From Nitrosopumilus sp. (GTDB lineage: Archaea; Thermoproteota; Nitrososphaeria; Nitrososphaerales; Nitrosopumilaceae), in NCBI GenBank assembly GCA_965218695.1, contig OZ244651.1, forward strand, positions 2,080,001 to 2,144,000: a stretch of 64,000 nucleotides of DNA, given 5' to 3'. Each line of letters opens with the position of its first letter. Position 1 is the stretch's first letter. Below, piece by piece: positions 29,281-40,774 of this stretch. The position numbers and the translations under genes were made by a program. The notes under the pieces were generated by a model. That model was not told the DNA's origin and searched no databases. It saw nothing but the letters and a program-made list of their open reading frames with translations.

Positions 29281-30318
29281 TCACTCCTCCTCTAGGATCA
29301 GTTTTGACATCGTAGTTGCAGTTGGAATCTTCTGTTCCACTGCAAAGGCAACGGCTGCAAGGTTTCTTACCTCAAATGCCGTCAGTCTGGTGATCCCCAC
29401 TATGGTTGCAAAACTGAACATCTTTGTGAATGATCTCAGGCTGGTGCGGTAAATCTCCATCTCAAAGGCTCTCTCAAACGCCGCTATCAGGTCCAGATCG
29501 CCTTCAGTCTGCGGAACAAGTCCCTTGTACTTGGTGCCTGACAGCTCACCTAACGCATCCCTGATAGTCGCAGCTCCCATCATCCTGCCAAGCAGATCCC
29601 TTGCATGCGGGCTGGTGGGGATTATCAGATCCTGGATCTGCTCTTCCTGCAATTCCCAGAACTTCCCCCTTATCACGCTCTGTATGTTGTAAAAATCAAT
29701 GTCCATTGCAACCAGCTTTGTTGCCTCCTTGTCTGAGTAGTTCTTCATTGCACCTGCCAGATACTGGTACAGCATCTTGTCAAAGTACGTGTCAAATATC
29801 TGGATGTCTCCCTTCTCGTTGTACAGCGTTGCAGCCTTTCCGATCTCCTCGCCAAACTGTGCCTGGTTTAGGCCTGCCACGGCCTCATCTACATCCTTTG
29901 CAGTCAGTGCCTTCACTATCACATCCCTCTGTTTGATAAGTTCCTCTGCATGAAGGTTGACATGTCGTTCAATCTCCCTCTGAGGCTTTCCTAGGACTTT
30001 CCCCTTGAGGATCACCTTCAGGTTTGATATGATAAATTTCATATAGTATGCATCCAAGACGCCCGAGTCCCCTGACGTCTTTGCAATGGAGTGGTGGGTG
30101 TCGGCAAGCCTGCTTCTGAGGGCCGACTCGATGGCAATCGACGTGTACGGCTTTTGAAGGCCCGCAACCGCACCGGCATAGACTGTATTCTTGATTCTGG
30201 TAATCAACTCCTCCAGGTTTCTTGATTCTGCAAGAACCTGAAAGTCGGCCCTTGTCAGAAGCTTGCCCTTCTTGCTGTATGCCTTTACAGATGCATAGAC
30301 GTTCTTTGAGGAGCCCAT
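29281..30318 (-). CDS. atpC: A/V-type ATP synthase subunit C
   Basis: Y-VKA-KGKLL, I-NLK-ILKGK, ID-YN, E-RNL motifs. Confidence 0.9.
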   Translation of the reverse strand: MGSSKNVYASVKAYSKKGKLLTRADFQVLAESRNLEELITRIKNTVYAGAVAGLQKPYTSIAIESALRSRLADTHHSIAKTSGDSGVLDAYYMKFIISNLKVILKGKVLGKPQREIERHVNLHAEELIKQRDVIVKALTAKDVDEAVAGLNQAQFGEEIGKAATLYNEKGDIQIFDTYFDKMLYQYLAGAMKNYSDKEATKLVAMDIDFYNIQSVIRGKFWELQEEQIQDLIIPTSPHARDLLGRMMGAATIRDALGELSGTKYKGLVPQTEGDLDLIAAFERAFEMEIYRTSLRSFTKMFSFATIVGITRLTAFEVRNLAAVAFAVEQKIPTATTMSKLILEEE

Positions 30319-30483
30319 TTCGATGAAACCTTTCTGAACTGCGGATTTTAATGTTTGGCGTTGGAATGGTACCATCCTATCATGCAGCAGGGAATACGGA
30401 TCGCATCCTGCAGAGACGATCCCAGTCTAGGCACCATCCTGGGCCCGGGCTTGTGGAGCCGCGCATGTGGCATTCTGCCGGAA

Positions 30484-31149
30484 TCATGTAATCTTGTCCA
30501 GAAACCTGATGGCATCCCTCTTCTCCTGTCTTGAGAGTCGCAGGAATGCTGACAGCATCTCCTTTTGGATCGTCAGCGAGTCATCTGAGATCTCCCTCAG
30601 TCTTGTCAGATCAAAGGGCAGCAGATCCTCGATCTCCCCGTTGCAAAACGCCCTGACATACATCTCGATTATCGAGTATGTAAAGCTGGGACTGACTCCC
30701 AGCATGCTGCGTATGATTCCCTCAAACTCCCTCTCTTCGGGCTCTGCCCCGGCAAAGAACTCTGTCAGGAGCTTCTCCCTGCTGCCGATCTCCCTTATTG
30801 CCACTGCTGCCAGAATTCCCCTTCTGGTCAGATGATAGTATGGAATTCCCTTCTCCTGAAGTACTCTGGGCCCCCTGCTCAATGGAAGCCTGCCGTCCTC
30901 CTCTGCCATCCCCACAGGCAGCAGAACCTCATCAAGATCGCGAAATATCCCCGAATAGATGTTCTTTGATGCAATCCCGTGTCTCCTTGCGATGTTCTGG
31001 GAGATTCCCGTCCTAGTCCTCTCCGTGGGATTTGGATTCTCTGCAAGAATCGCAATAATGGCCCGCTGCCTGTCTGCCTCCCCTGTCCTGACGCCCCTCT
31101 TGGTCTTGAACGTGTTGAAGATCGCTAATCTTGTGCCTGATGCTGCCAT
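30484..31149 (-). CDS. Winged-helix-like protein, divergent from amt
   Basis: TR-GISQ-IA helix pair, wing YYHLT-RG. Confidence 0.6.
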   Translation of the reverse strand: MAASGTRLAIFNTFKTKRGVRTGEADRQRAIIAILAENPNPTERTRTGISQNIARRHGIASKNIYSGIFRDLDEVLLPVGMAEEDGRLPLSRGPRVLQEKGIPYYHLTRRGILAAVAIREIGSREKLLTEFFAGAEPEEREFEGIIRSMLGVSPSFTYSIIEMYVRAFCNGEIEDLLPFDLTRLREISDDSLTIQKEMLSAFLRLSRQEKRDAIRFLDKIT

Positions 31150-31185
31150 CGTCTGCTCACAGTGATTTAATTTTCATTTTCTATG

Positions 31186-31256
31186 TTAGTATCAAGATAT
31201 ACTAAAATATAACAATTTACTTTTTTCCAACTTTTCAAGTCTTGAATCTTTAAATA
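31186..31256. promoter_or_regulatory. Two palindromes plus TATA box in the amt divergent promoter
   Basis: TTAGTAT-N6-ATACTAA (31186-31205), TTCAAG-T-CTTGAA (31234-31246), TTTAAATA (31249-31256). Confidence 0.55.
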
Positions 31257-31278
31257 ATTTTCATCGCTGGATAGTTTA

Positions 31279-32841
31279 ATGAATTCTAAGAACCACAAGT
31301 ATGCTCTATTACTTGTGGCCGCAGTAGCCATGACAGCAACTGGCGCATTGTCTCAGGCATATGCCCAGAATGTTGAAGATGGTATGGACGGATATGTCAA
31401 GGGGACCAGTGGTATCTACACTGGAAACCCCAACGAATGCTGGTATGACGACGGCGAAGGAGGTATGCTCCCATGTCTTATTGACACGGGTGATACTGCC
31501 TGGATGCTGACGGCAACATCACTGGTACTCTTCATGTCTCCGGGAGTCGGTTTCTTCTATGGCGGTCTTGCCAGATCGAAGAACATCGTCAACGTACTTG
31601 GTATGACCCTGATAGTTATGGGCCTCATGTCAGTGCAATGGATTCTATGGGGGTATTCGCTGGCATTCGGCGCAATTGATTCGGACGCAAACATGTACAT
31701 GGGTAATCTGGACTACGCAGGGTTTAACTTGGTATCGCCGTACGCACCGTTAGGTGAAGTCGGGCCATGTCAGGACACGTGGGCCGCAGCCTATCAGATG
31801 AATGAGTTCAAGGACGGGGACTATTGTAGCGTAAGTTGGCCGGGGACTATTCCTCACCAGCTCTTTGCAATGTTCCAGGGAACCTTCGCAATCATCACAC
31901 CAGTTCTCATAATTGGTGGTCTGATTGACAGAATCAAGTTCAGCGCAATAATCATATTCATGCTCCTGTGGGGAACCTTCGTCTATGACCCAATAGCACA
32001 CTGGGTCTGGGGAGGAGGCTACATAGGAGGAGGCTCGTTAGACCTCAATCCGGACCTATCTCCATCGTACGCGCTGGACTTTGCTGGTGGTACTGTCGTA
32101 CACATATCTTCAGGATTTGCCGCACTGGCAGGTGCCTTGGTACTTGGCAGAAGGCTCGGATATGGCAAGATTCCAATGGAACCACACAACGTCCCACTCG
32201 TAGTCCTCGGCGCAGGAATACTGTGGTTTGGCTGGTTTGGTTTCAACGTTGGAAGCGAGGTTCAGGTCGACGGAATTGCAGTAAGTGCATGGACGGTTAC
32301 AAACACCGCAACAGGCATGGCTGTAGTTACGTGGGTTCTGATGTCTTGGGCCCATACCGGAAAACCAAGCATTGTAGGAGCTGCGACAGGGGCAATATCT
32401 GGACTGGTTGCGATTACACCCGCATCCGGTTGGGTTGGCCCGATGGCTGCAATCATTATAGGCATTGCAGCCGGCACCATCTGTTACGCGAGCATCGCAT
32501 TCAAGAATGCTCGCAAATGGGATGACGCACTCGATGTGTGGGGAGTCCACGGAATGGGCGGTCTCACAGGTGCAGTCCTGACTGGTACCCTTGCAAGTCC
32601 ACACATCTGGGACACTGGCGATGGTATTGGTGCATGGACAGGCACTCCGGAAGGAATGGAGCAGCAGGCAATCAGCATTCTCGGCGCCGCAATATCCATA
32701 GCATACGCCTTTAGCGTTACGATCGTAATTCTGAAGGTAATGGACGCAGTATGGCCTGGCGGAATCAGGGTCACTCCAAAAGAAGAGGAGATCGGCCTCG
32801 ATCTTGCACAGCACGGCGAGAGAGCATACGTCAACGAATAG
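31279..32841 (+). CDS. amt: Ammonium transporter
   Basis: DTGDTAW, FFYGGL, DFAGGTVVH, WFGWFGFN, DDALDV-GVHG; signal peptide and Cys-containing external loops. Confidence 0.97.
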   Translation: MNSKNHKYALLLVAAVAMTATGALSQAYAQNVEDGMDGYVKGTSGIYTGNPNECWYDDGEGGMLPCLIDTGDTAWMLTATSLVLFMSPGVGFFYGGLARSKNIVNVLGMTLIVMGLMSVQWILWGYSLAFGAIDSDANMYMGNLDYAGFNLVSPYAPLGEVGPCQDTWAAAYQMNEFKDGDYCSVSWPGTIPHQLFAMFQGTFAIITPVLIIGGLIDRIKFSAIIIFMLLWGTFVYDPIAHWVWGGGYIGGGSLDLNPDLSPSYALDFAGGTVVHISSGFAALAGALVLGRRLGYGKIPMEPHNVPLVVLGAGILWFGWFGFNVGSEVQVDGIAVSAWTVTNTATGMAVVTWVLMSWAHTGKPSIVGAATGAISGLVAITPASGWVGPMAAIIIGIAAGTICYASIAFKNARKWDDALDVWGVHGMGGLTGAVLTGTLASPHIWDTGDGIGAWTGTPEGMEQQAISILGAAISIAYAFSVTIVILKVMDAVWPGGIRVTPKEEEIGLDLAQHGERAYVNE

Positions 32842-32915
32842 AAAATACACTTTTCTTTCCTTCTTTTTATTATTTCATGACAAAAAATTTAGATGCGTCC
32901 ACCACATACCGACGC

Positions 32916-33686
32916 ATGCTGGCATCTGTTGCAGAACTCTCCTCAATTCTTGAGGATCCTGATCTTCTGGTTGTCGATACCCGCTCCTTTGCCGAGTACT
33001 CGGCGGGTCACATTCCGGGAGCCGTAAACCTGGATCTGTTTGCGTTTCACTGGATTGATACCACCGCAGACGGAATCAGAAACTTTGGAAGGCAGGCAGC
33101 AGCCCTGTTCTCTGCTGCCGGCGCGGATGGCCGGAAGGTCGTCCTTTATGACAATGTCTCCGGGATGCTGGCAGCCAGGGGACTCTGGATGCTCATGTAT
33201 CTGTCACATCCTGATGCCGTGATGCTGGATGGCGGAATCACAAAATGGCGCAGGGAGGATCTCCGAATCGAGACTGGAACAAACGGGTTCAGGCCATCCG
33301 GGTTCTCCGGAAGGGTGGACCGCAGCCTGATCATCGGCTTTGAGGAGATTCGCGACAACCTAGACTCTCTGGTGGTCGTGGATGCCCGCTCTCCCGGAGA
33401 ATATGAAGGGAGCGTAATCCGGGCTGCTAAGGCAGGCCACATACCTGCATCGCTTAATCTTGACTGGAACCTCAACCTGTCAGAGGACGGTACCTTCAAG
33501 AATCCGGATGACCTGTCCGTGCTGTATCGCATGCCAAGGGATTCCCAAATCGTGACATACTGTCACGGAGGCTACAGAGCCGCACACTCCTTTCTTGCCC
33601 TAAGGAGAGCAGGATTCAAGAATGTCCGGGTGTATCCTGGGTCATGGGGCGAGTGGGGAAACAACATGGATCTTCCAGTTGAATAG
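32916..33686 (+). CDS. Tandem rhodanese sulfurtransferase
   Basis: GHIPGA, LDGG, GHIP, YCHGGYRA, GSWGEW. Confidence 0.92.
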   Translation: MLASVAELSSILEDPDLLVVDTRSFAEYSAGHIPGAVNLDLFAFHWIDTTADGIRNFGRQAAALFSAAGADGRKVVLYDNVSGMLAARGLWMLMYLSHPDAVMLDGGITKWRREDLRIETGTNGFRPSGFSGRVDRSLIIGFEEIRDNLDSLVVVDARSPGEYEGSVIRAAKAGHIPASLNLDWNLNLSEDGTFKNPDDLSVLYRMPRDSQIVTYCHGGYRAAHSFLALRRAGFKNVRVYPGSWGEWGNNMDLPVE

Positions 33687-33766
33687 AGGAACACACTGAT
33701 CCCAGGATGGTAAATTCTGCAAATAATCGTGGCCCGGTTTTGGCAGCAGAACACTCCGAGGGAATG

Positions 33767-35866
33767 TTATCTCCTCTTCCAGACGAACTGGTTGTAGATG
33801 AGCTCCGGTCTTATCTGCCTGAACTGCGGTGCGCCTCCCACATACCACTTTGTAAAGAACTCGTACAGGTGCAGCCTGAGCGACTGGATGTACACGATCA
33901 GCCCCTCAATCATCATGATTCCAAGGTTTCCGCCGATGATCATGGCTATGGCTGCTCCGGACTCGATACCGCCCAGTGATGTAAATGCGTTGTTTACAGT
34001 CAGCAGCAGGGCCGCATGCACCAGCAACATGATGCCCAGCCGGGCGTAGCTTATCGTATGGGCAAGGCTCTCGACGGTCTTTCCTAGGAACACCTCCATG
34101 ATAACACTTGCCGGGTCGCTTCCGTCCTCTGGATGCCTCTTTGCGTGCATGATTCCCCCAATCATCATTATGACCATTGACGCAATCACGATCACTACTG
34201 CAATTCGTGTGACTATCCACACCTGGGCCCACTCTCCCAGAAATACCGTAACCCATGGAACCGCCTCGGTGTGGGCCCTAGAGTACATGTTGATTACATC
34301 GTACTGGGAGCCTATCGCGCACATCATGATGACTACGATTCCGCCGTACAGGGTAAGGTTTGGAATGGACTCCATGAACACTGTCATCCTGTGTCCCTCC
34401 TTTAGGAGCCTGATTATTCTCAGAGTCATTGCCCACACCAAGTGGACGATCCCCAAGAAGAGCGATACCTTGAGTATGTCAATTACCTGGTCAAATGTCA
34501 GTTCTGCAACACTGAGTATTCCGACTATCCAACTGACAGAGTACAGTGCCCCGCCCTCCTCAAGCAGGCCTTCAAAGGGTGTCAAGTGATCCAGATGGTA
34601 GCCAAACGCCTCTCCTGCACCAACTCCGGCTATTGCAGCCGATGCGCCGGATATGGCAATGAGCATCCCCCATCTGGACAGCTCGCCCTGCCCCTTCATC
34701 TTGAAGAGCAGGCCCATCCCCATGAGGAGCAGCCCGTGGCCCATGTCTGCAAACATAAGTCCGTAGAAGATTGGCCACATCAGTGCAATCATCGGAGTGG
34801 GATCCGGTTCCCCGCGCTTTGGAATCCCCTGGCTCTTTGTAATGACTTCGAATGTTCGGACAAACCGCTTGTTGTCAAAGAGCGTTGGAATCTGTTTTAT
34901 CTGGTCAGGTTCCGTGACCTCCTCCACCACGGACATCCACTTCTTTGTCAGATCTGTAAACTTTGACTCCATCTTTTTTGGGATGAAGCCCTGGATTAGT
35001 GCAAAATTCTTGGTGCCGCCGGGCTTTCTCAGGGTTTCAAGGACATCCTTTGTCACCATGGCCTTTTCGTGAAGGGCAAGTATGTCGCGTCTGAGCTTCT
35101 TTGCAAGTCCTGCCAGTTCTTTTGTCATTGCAGCCTTGCTTACATCCAACTCCTTGATCTTTGCCTCTACCTGGCCGTAGGCCTGGCTTGGAACCTGTGG
35201 GAATCCGTCTGGAATCCTGAACGGGTTTGAGTTAAAGTTTCTTAGAACCTTGAGAACCTTCTCAGAGTCTGCCGCACCCGCAATTACCACTACTGCTGAC
35301 TTGTTCTTGCCTTCCAGCTCGTATCTGGTGAGTGCTACCCTGTCAAGGGAACGGTCTATCTCCTCAAAGTCCTGCGTTTCAATCACAAAGAGGCCTGTAA
35401 AGAAGTGCCTTGTAAGGCCGAATCCCGAAAGATCGATATTCATCCTCCTGACCACCTCTAGCGTCTCCTTGACGGCTTTGTACTCCTCGATGGACGATCT
35501 TGTAGAATCTATGTCCTTTAGCAGTTTTGCAGGCCTGTCAATGACCGACGGGACCTCGCCCTCTATCCCTGAGACCATCTCTGCAACCTCCCCAATCTCA
35601 TAGTCCTTCTTTTTGATTACCGTGCCCTTGAAGAGAATCTCCATTATGCCCACAGTGGAAGGAATGTTTATGCCCTTGAGGACCTCGTCAATCGACTGGA
35701 ACGACTGCTGCGCCCTTAGCAGGAGATCATCTATCTCAGGCGTCACCCGGTCATCCGAGGAATCGACCTTGTGGAACCACTCAAATTCAGTCAATCTTGA
35801 AATGGCCTTTGGCGATTCGCCCCTTGGTAGGATGACGGTTCCCAGTCGTATGTCTGCAGTTGCCAA
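33767..35866 (-). CDS. atpI: A/V-type ATP synthase subunit I
   Basis: DPTP, YGLMFADMGHG, SYARL, LRLHLYEFF. Confidence 0.95.
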   Translation of the reverse strand: MATADIRLGTVILPRGESPKAISRLTEFEWFHKVDSSDDRVTPEIDDLLLRAQQSFQSIDEVLKGINIPSTVGIMEILFKGTVIKKKDYEIGEVAEMVSGIEGEVPSVIDRPAKLLKDIDSTRSSIEEYKAVKETLEVVRRMNIDLSGFGLTRHFFTGLFVIETQDFEEIDRSLDRVALTRYELEGKNKSAVVVIAGAADSEKVLKVLRNFNSNPFRIPDGFPQVPSQAYGQVEAKIKELDVSKAAMTKELAGLAKKLRRDILALHEKAMVTKDVLETLRKPGGTKNFALIQGFIPKKMESKFTDLTKKWMSVVEEVTEPDQIKQIPTLFDNKRFVRTFEVITKSQGIPKRGEPDPTPMIALMWPIFYGLMFADMGHGLLLMGMGLLFKMKGQGELSRWGMLIAISGASAAIAGVGAGEAFGYHLDHLTPFEGLLEEGGALYSVSWIVGILSVAELTFDQVIDILKVSLFLGIVHLVWAMTLRIIRLLKEGHRMTVFMESIPNLTLYGGIVVIMMCAIGSQYDVINMYSRAHTEAVPWVTVFLGEWAQVWIVTRIAVVIVIASMVIMMIGGIMHAKRHPEDGSDPASVIMEVFLGKTVESLAHTISYARLGIMLLVHAALLLTVNNAFTSLGGIESGAAIAMIIGGNLGIMMIEGLIVYIQSLRLHLYEFFTKWYVGGAPQFRQIRPELIYNQFVWKRR

Positions 35867-36000
35867 GACAAGTTTGGGGTATTTCCATTGTGTTTAATAC
35901 CTTTCTGATTTTATGACTGAGGCCGGGGTGGGGGAGTGGGGATCTTGAAAGAATCCAGATCTTTCCAAACATTAAAATCTATTATGACTCAACGCCTCCC

Positions 36001-36600
36001 ATGACGCCTGATTTGGCACTGGAGGTCACGATCGACAAGATTTTGGCAAACACCGACAAGGAGATCATCTCAGGCACTAGATCCGTGTATGAAAAGTCCC
36101 TCCAAAGACTCGACGACGCAGCCAAGATGCTTGAGGGAGAGTACGAAAGGATAATCTCTGATGGCAATAGGGAGGCTGACAAGATCTCAAGGCAGATCAT
36201 TGGAAGCGCCGATCTTGAGGCCAGAAACCAGCAGCTGATAACAGTCGAGGATGCAGTGGTTAGGGTGTTCTCCCAGGCACTTGACGGAATAGCCGACGCC
36301 AAACGGGATAAAGAGTACGAGGGTCTGATCAGGACCCTTTTGAGGGAGACCGTCGAGATTATGGGAACCTCGGATATTACAATATTTACAAATGAACAGG
36401 ATCGGACCGTGGTGCAGTCCGTACTCTCAGAGTTTCCGGGGATCGAGCTGTCCTCTGATGTGGTAGAGTGCCTTGGAGGTATTACTGCAAAGTCACAAGA
36501 CGGCTCCATGACCTTTGACAATACCATTGATGCAAAACTAAAACGTCTGAAGCCTTTAATAAGGAAAGAAATTGCATCCAAATTCGGAGTAGGAGATTAG
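36001..36600 (+). CDS. atpE: A/V-type ATP synthase subunit E
   Basis: Coiled N-terminus, LGGI-DG-FDNT. Confidence 0.9.
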   Translation: MTPDLALEVTIDKILANTDKEIISGTRSVYEKSLQRLDDAAKMLEGEYERIISDGNREADKISRQIIGSADLEARNQQLITVEDAVVRVFSQALDGIADAKRDKEYEGLIRTLLRETVEIMGTSDITIFTNEQDRTVVQSVLSEFPGIELSSDVVECLGGITAKSQDGSMTFDNTIDAKLKRLKPLIRKEIASKFGVGD

Positions 36601-36603
36601 GAT

Positions 36604-38382
36604 ATGGTAGCTCAGGGTAGAATTGTTTGGGTTAGCGGTCCGGCCGTGAGGGCTGATGGCATGTCCGAGGCAAAAATGTATGAGACTGTGACCGTAGGCG
36701 ATTCCAAGCTGATAGGTGAGGTGATCCGGCTTACCGGTGATGTTGCATTTATCCAGGTGTATGAGTCGACCAGCGGACTGAAGCCAGGTGAGCCTGTCAT
36801 AGGTACCGGAAACCCGCTCAGTGTAATGCTGGGACCGGGAATCATAGGACAGCTGTATGACGGGATTCAGAGGCCTCTCCGGGAACTCTCGAAGGCATCC
36901 GGTTCGTTCATCGGCAGGGGCATTGTCACCACCCCGATAGACATGACCAAAAAGTATCATTTTGTTCCAACTGTAAACAACGGTGACGAGGTGACAGCAG
37001 GAAACGTAATTGGAACCGTTCAGGAGACGGATCTCATAGAGCACCATATCATGGTTCCACCGGATCATCCGGGCGGGCAGATCTCAGGGATGGTGCCTGA
37101 GGGCGATTATGATCTAGAGACGGTTCTTGCAACGACTCAGAAGGACGGCCAGAGTACGGATCTAAAGATGTATCACAAGTGGCCCGTCCGAAAACCCCGT
37201 CCATACAAGGACAGGTACGATCCGACAGTGCCGCTACTGACAGGGCAGCGTGTCATTGATACGTTCTTTCCAATAGCAAAGGGAGGAACGGGTTCGATTC
37301 CGGGAGCGTTCGGAACCGGCAAGACTGTAACCCTTCACCAGATTGCCAAGTGGGCCGACTCGCAGGTGGTCGTGTATATCGGCTGCGGTGAGAGAGGCAA
37401 CGAGATGACTGAGGTGCTTGTGGAGTTCCCACACCTGAAGGATCCGCGAAGCGGAAAGCCGCTCATGGACCGGACAGTTCTTGTGGCAAACACCAGCAAC
37501 ATGCCGGTGGCTGCAAGGGAGGCTAGCATCTACACGGGTGTGACGATTGCAGAATACTATCGGGACATGGGCAAGGACGTAGTGCTTGTAGCAGATTCCA
37601 CCAGCAGATGGGCAGAGGCACTCAGGGAGATGAGCGGAAGACTCGAGGAGATGCCTGCAGAGGAGGGTTATCCGTCATACCTTGCATCAAGGCTGGCAGA
37701 ATTTTATGAGAGGGCAGGCCGTGTAAGGGCCGCCGGCAGTCCTGACCGCGACGGTTCTGTAACCCTGGTAGGTGCAGTGTCCCCATCAGGCGGCGACTTT
37801 ACAGAGCCGGTTACGACTCACACCATGAGATTCATCAAGACCTTCTGGGCTCTGGATGCAAATCTTGCATACTCTAGACACTACCCGTCAATCAACTGGA
37901 TGAGCAGCTACTCGGGGTATCTTGCAGATGTCGCAAAGTGGTGGGGCCAGAACATCCACGAGGACTGGCTTAACCTGCGAAGCGAAGCGTACGGCGTCCT
38001 GCAGAGGGAGGAGACCCTAAAGGAGATTGTTAGGCTTTTGGGTCCTGAGGCGCTTCCAGACGAGGAGAAGCTGATACTTGAGGTTGCAAGAATGATCAAG
38101 ATCGGACTGTTGCAACAAAACTCGTTTGACGATGTGGATACATACTGCAGTCCTGAAAAACAGTACAAGCTCCTCAAACTGATGGTGGACTTTTACAAGA
38201 GTGGCCAGCATGCACTCAAGGAGGGCGCCAATCTTAACGACATCAAGAACCTGCCGATCCAGTCCTCGCTTCTCAAGGCGCGAATGGATATCAAGGACGA
38301 TGAGATCTCAAAACTCGATCAGTTTGAAGTGCTGATGCAGGAGCAGTTCGAGAGTATAATGGGAGTCAAGATATTAAGTTGA
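36604..38382 (+). CDS. atpA: A/V-type ATP synthase subunit A
   Basis: [21 protein letters not shown]; no intein. Confidence 0.98.
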   Translation: MVAQGRIVWVSGPAVRADGMSEAKMYETVTVGDSKLIGEVIRLTGDVAFIQVYESTSGLKPGEPVIGTGNPLSVMLGPGIIGQLYDGIQRPLRELSKASGSFIGRGIVTTPIDMTKKYHFVPTVNNGDEVTAGNVIGTVQETDLIEHHIMVPPDHPGGQISGMVPEGDYDLETVLATTQKDGQSTDLKMYHKWPVRKPRPYKDRYDPTVPLLTGQRVIDTFFPIAKGGTGSIPGAFGTGKTVTLHQIAKWADSQVVVYIGCGERGNEMTEVLVEFPHLKDPRSGKPLMDRTVLVANTSNMPVAAREASIYTGVTIAEYYRDMGKDVVLVADSTSRWAEALREMSGRLEEMPAEEGYPSYLASRLAEFYERAGRVRAAGSPDRDGSVTLVGAVSPSGGDFTEPVTTHTMRFIKTFWALDANLAYSRHYPSINWMSSYSGYLADVAKWWGQNIHEDWLNLRSEAYGVLQREETLKEIVRLLGPEALPDEEKLILEVARMIKIGLLQQNSFDDVDTYCSPEKQYKLLKLMVDFYKSGQHALKEGANLNDIKNLPIQSSLLKARMDIKDDEISKLDQFEVLMQEQFESIMGVKILS

Positions 38383-39764
38383 CGGCGCAGGGCGGAGTCC
38401 AGTACAGCAAGATTGCAGAGATCAAGGGTCCACTGGTAGTAGTTGACGAGGTTGAAAACGCCGCCTTTGACGAACTGGTAGAAGTAGATACCAACGACGG
38501 CCAGAGGAGACTCGGCAAGGTGCTTGAAGTGGGAAACGGCAAGGCCATAGTACAGGTCTTTGAGGGAACCACCGGACTGTCAATTGCCGGAACAAGCGCA
38601 AAATTCGTAGGCAAGGTAATGGAGATGCCCGTATCCCGGGAGGTATTGGGCAGGGTCTTTGACGGACTGGGCAGGCCAAAGGACGGACTTCCCGATCCAA
38701 TAGCCGACAAGTTTATCGATATCAACGGGGAGCCAATGAATCCAGAACAGCGCCAGTATCCAAAGGACTTCATTCAGACAGGCGTCTCGGTGATCGACGG
38801 CATGATCACACTTGTCCGGGGGCAGAAGCTTCCAATCTTTTCAGGCTCTGGAATGTCCCACAATCTGCTTGCCGCACAGATAGCACGGCAGGCCAGTGTG
38901 GTCGGCACCGACGACGACTTTGCCGTGGTGTTTGCAGCCATCGGCGTGCAGTACAGCGAGGCCGAGTACTTTAGAAGGAGCCTTGAAGAATCCGGCGCCC
39001 TGAAGAGAAGCGTACTGTTTCTCAATCTGGCAGATGATCCTGCCATCGAGAGGATCATCACGCCCCGTGTGGCACTTACCGTCGCAGAGTATCTGGCATT
39101 TGAGCTTAACATGCACGTACTGGTAATCCTGACTGACATGACAAACTATGCCGAGGCACTCAGGGAGATCAGCGCAGCAAGAGAAGAGGTTCCGGGACGA
39201 AAGGGGTATCCGGGATACCTGTATACCGATCTCTCCACAATATACGAGCGTGCCGGCAAACTGGAAGGCAGGACGGGAAGCGTTACCCAGGTGCCAATCC
39301 TCTCAATGCCCTCTGATGATATCACCCACCCGATTCCGGATCTTACCGGATACATTACAGAGGGACAGATAGTGCTGGGACGGAATCTCTTCAGACAGGG
39401 AGTCTATCCGCCGGTAAACATACTGATGAGCCTGAGCAGACTCATGAAGGACGGAATAGGCAAGGGAAGCACAAGAGAGGAACACAGCGAAATATCAAAC
39501 CAGAATTATGACTTCTACGCTAGAGCACAGGAGGTTCGGGCACTGGCAGGAATCGTAGGCAAGGCCGGACTGACTGAGATTGATCTACAGTACATGGATG
39601 CAGGGGATGCCTTTGAAAAGGAGTTCCTCTCACAAAAAATCGACGAGAACCGCACAATCGACGAGACGCTGGGCATACTCTGGAAGATTGCCTCAAAACT
39701 GCCAAAGAATGAACTGACAAAGGTTAAGGACAAATACGTAGAGCAGTTCTATCAGGACAAGTAG
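38379..39764 (+). CDS. atpB: A/V-type ATP synthase subunit B
   Basis: [37 protein letters not shown]. Confidence 0.98.
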   Translation: MTAQGGVQYSKIAEIKGPLVVVDEVENAAFDELVEVDTNDGQRRLGKVLEVGNGKAIVQVFEGTTGLSIAGTSAKFVGKVMEMPVSREVLGRVFDGLGRPKDGLPDPIADKFIDINGEPMNPEQRQYPKDFIQTGVSVIDGMITLVRGQKLPIFSGSGMSHNLLAAQIARQASVVGTDDDFAVVFAAIGVQYSEAEYFRRSLEESGALKRSVLFLNLADDPAIERIITPRVALTVAEYLAFELNMHVLVILTDMTNYAEALREISAAREEVPGRKGYPGYLYTDLSTIYERAGKLEGRTGSVTQVPILSMPSDDITHPIPDLTGYITEGQIVLGRNLFRQGVYPPVNILMSLSRLMKDGIGKGSTREEHSEISNQNYDFYARAQEVRALAGIVGKAGLTEIDLQYMDAGDAFEKEFLSQKIDENRTIDETLGILWKIASKLPKNELTKVKDKYVEQFYQDK

Positions 39765-39766
39765 AC

Positions 39767-40399
39767 ATGTCGTTTGGACAAAATGTGGCTGCGACCAAGA
39801 TCGAGCTGTTCAAGTACAAGCGTTCCCGCCAGGTCGCAATCATGGTGCAGAAGATTCTTGACGACAAGCGCAAGGTGCTTTTAAAGAACATTGAGGAGAT
39901 GATCGTAGAGGCCTCCAAGGCAAGGGGCGGAATCTGGGATCCGCTCCAGGACATCTACAAGTCTGTAAACGAGGCGTATCTTTCCCTAGGTACAAGCACC
40001 GTAGACTCTGTTGCAGAGTCCACCCCGCCCGTCATGGAAGTCGACGTCAACGTGCGAAGGGTAGTCGATGTCAAGATTCCGACACTGTCAGTAACCGAAA
40101 GCGATACCCGCTCCATGCCGTACGGCTTTGCCGACACAAACTCGTCGATCGATAGGGCATCAAAGCAGATAAAGGAGCTGCTCCCGAAGATCTGCAAGGC
40201 TGCCGAACACGAAAACTCCATATTCAGTCTTGCAAAGGCACTGGAGAAGACACAAAAGCTCCTCAACGCACTTGAAAACGTCATTATCCCGCAGTACAAG
40301 GAGAGGATCCGGTTCATCCTTGCGACCATAGAGGAGAGGGAGCGGGAGGAATTCGCAAAGTTAAAAAAAGTGAAGGCAAAGATGGAGAGCAAGAAATAA
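39767..40399 (+). CDS. atpD: A/V-type ATP synthase subunit D
   Basis: NALENVIIP, EEREREEF-KLK. Confidence 0.95.
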   Translation: MSFGQNVAATKIELFKYKRSRQVAIMVQKILDDKRKVLLKNIEEMIVEASKARGGIWDPLQDIYKSVNEAYLSLGTSTVDSVAESTPPVMEVDVNVRRVVDVKIPTLSVTESDTRSMPYGFADTNSSIDRASKQIKELLPKICKAAEHENSIFSLAKALEKTQKLLNALENVIIPQYKERIRFILATIEEREREEFAKLKKVKAKMESKK

Positions 40400-40530
40400 T
40401 GGCAAAAGACGAGATTAAGAGGCTGATTGAGGACTCCAAAAAGGCACTGGGTGCAGACTATGACGCCTTTGAGAAGTCCATTAAGGAAGATCTGGCCTCG
40501 TTCAAAAAGAATGCACTGGATCGAATCTGA
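40399..40530 (+). CDS. 43-aa charged helical microprotein coupled to atpD
   Basis: TAATG overlap; MAKDEIKRLIEDSKKALGADYDAFEKSIKEDLASFKKNALDRI. Confidence 0.7.
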   Translation: MAKDEIKRLIEDSKKALGADYDAFEKSIKEDLASFKKNALDRI

Positions 40531-40774
40531 CTCCCAGCCAGGATCCTATAGTGCGGTCCTGTGAATATCACCATTGTGCAGAGCCGATGTCTGCCATCAG
40601 CAGTCCGTGGCACCTGTAGGATGACATCTTGCGCTTGACTGCCAAGACGGCATGATTCTTGGACAATACACTAGGCAGCAGATCCTAGACGAGAATGTAC
40701 GGACTCGTCGTCCAATACAGTCCTAGGCACGAATTTGCAATGAATTATGCCTGTGGTTATAATGGATAAGTGCG

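Noticed and set aside
40531-40766. Possible ncRNA or gene remnant after the atp operon
   Set aside because: No convincing ORF, repeat or structure by eye
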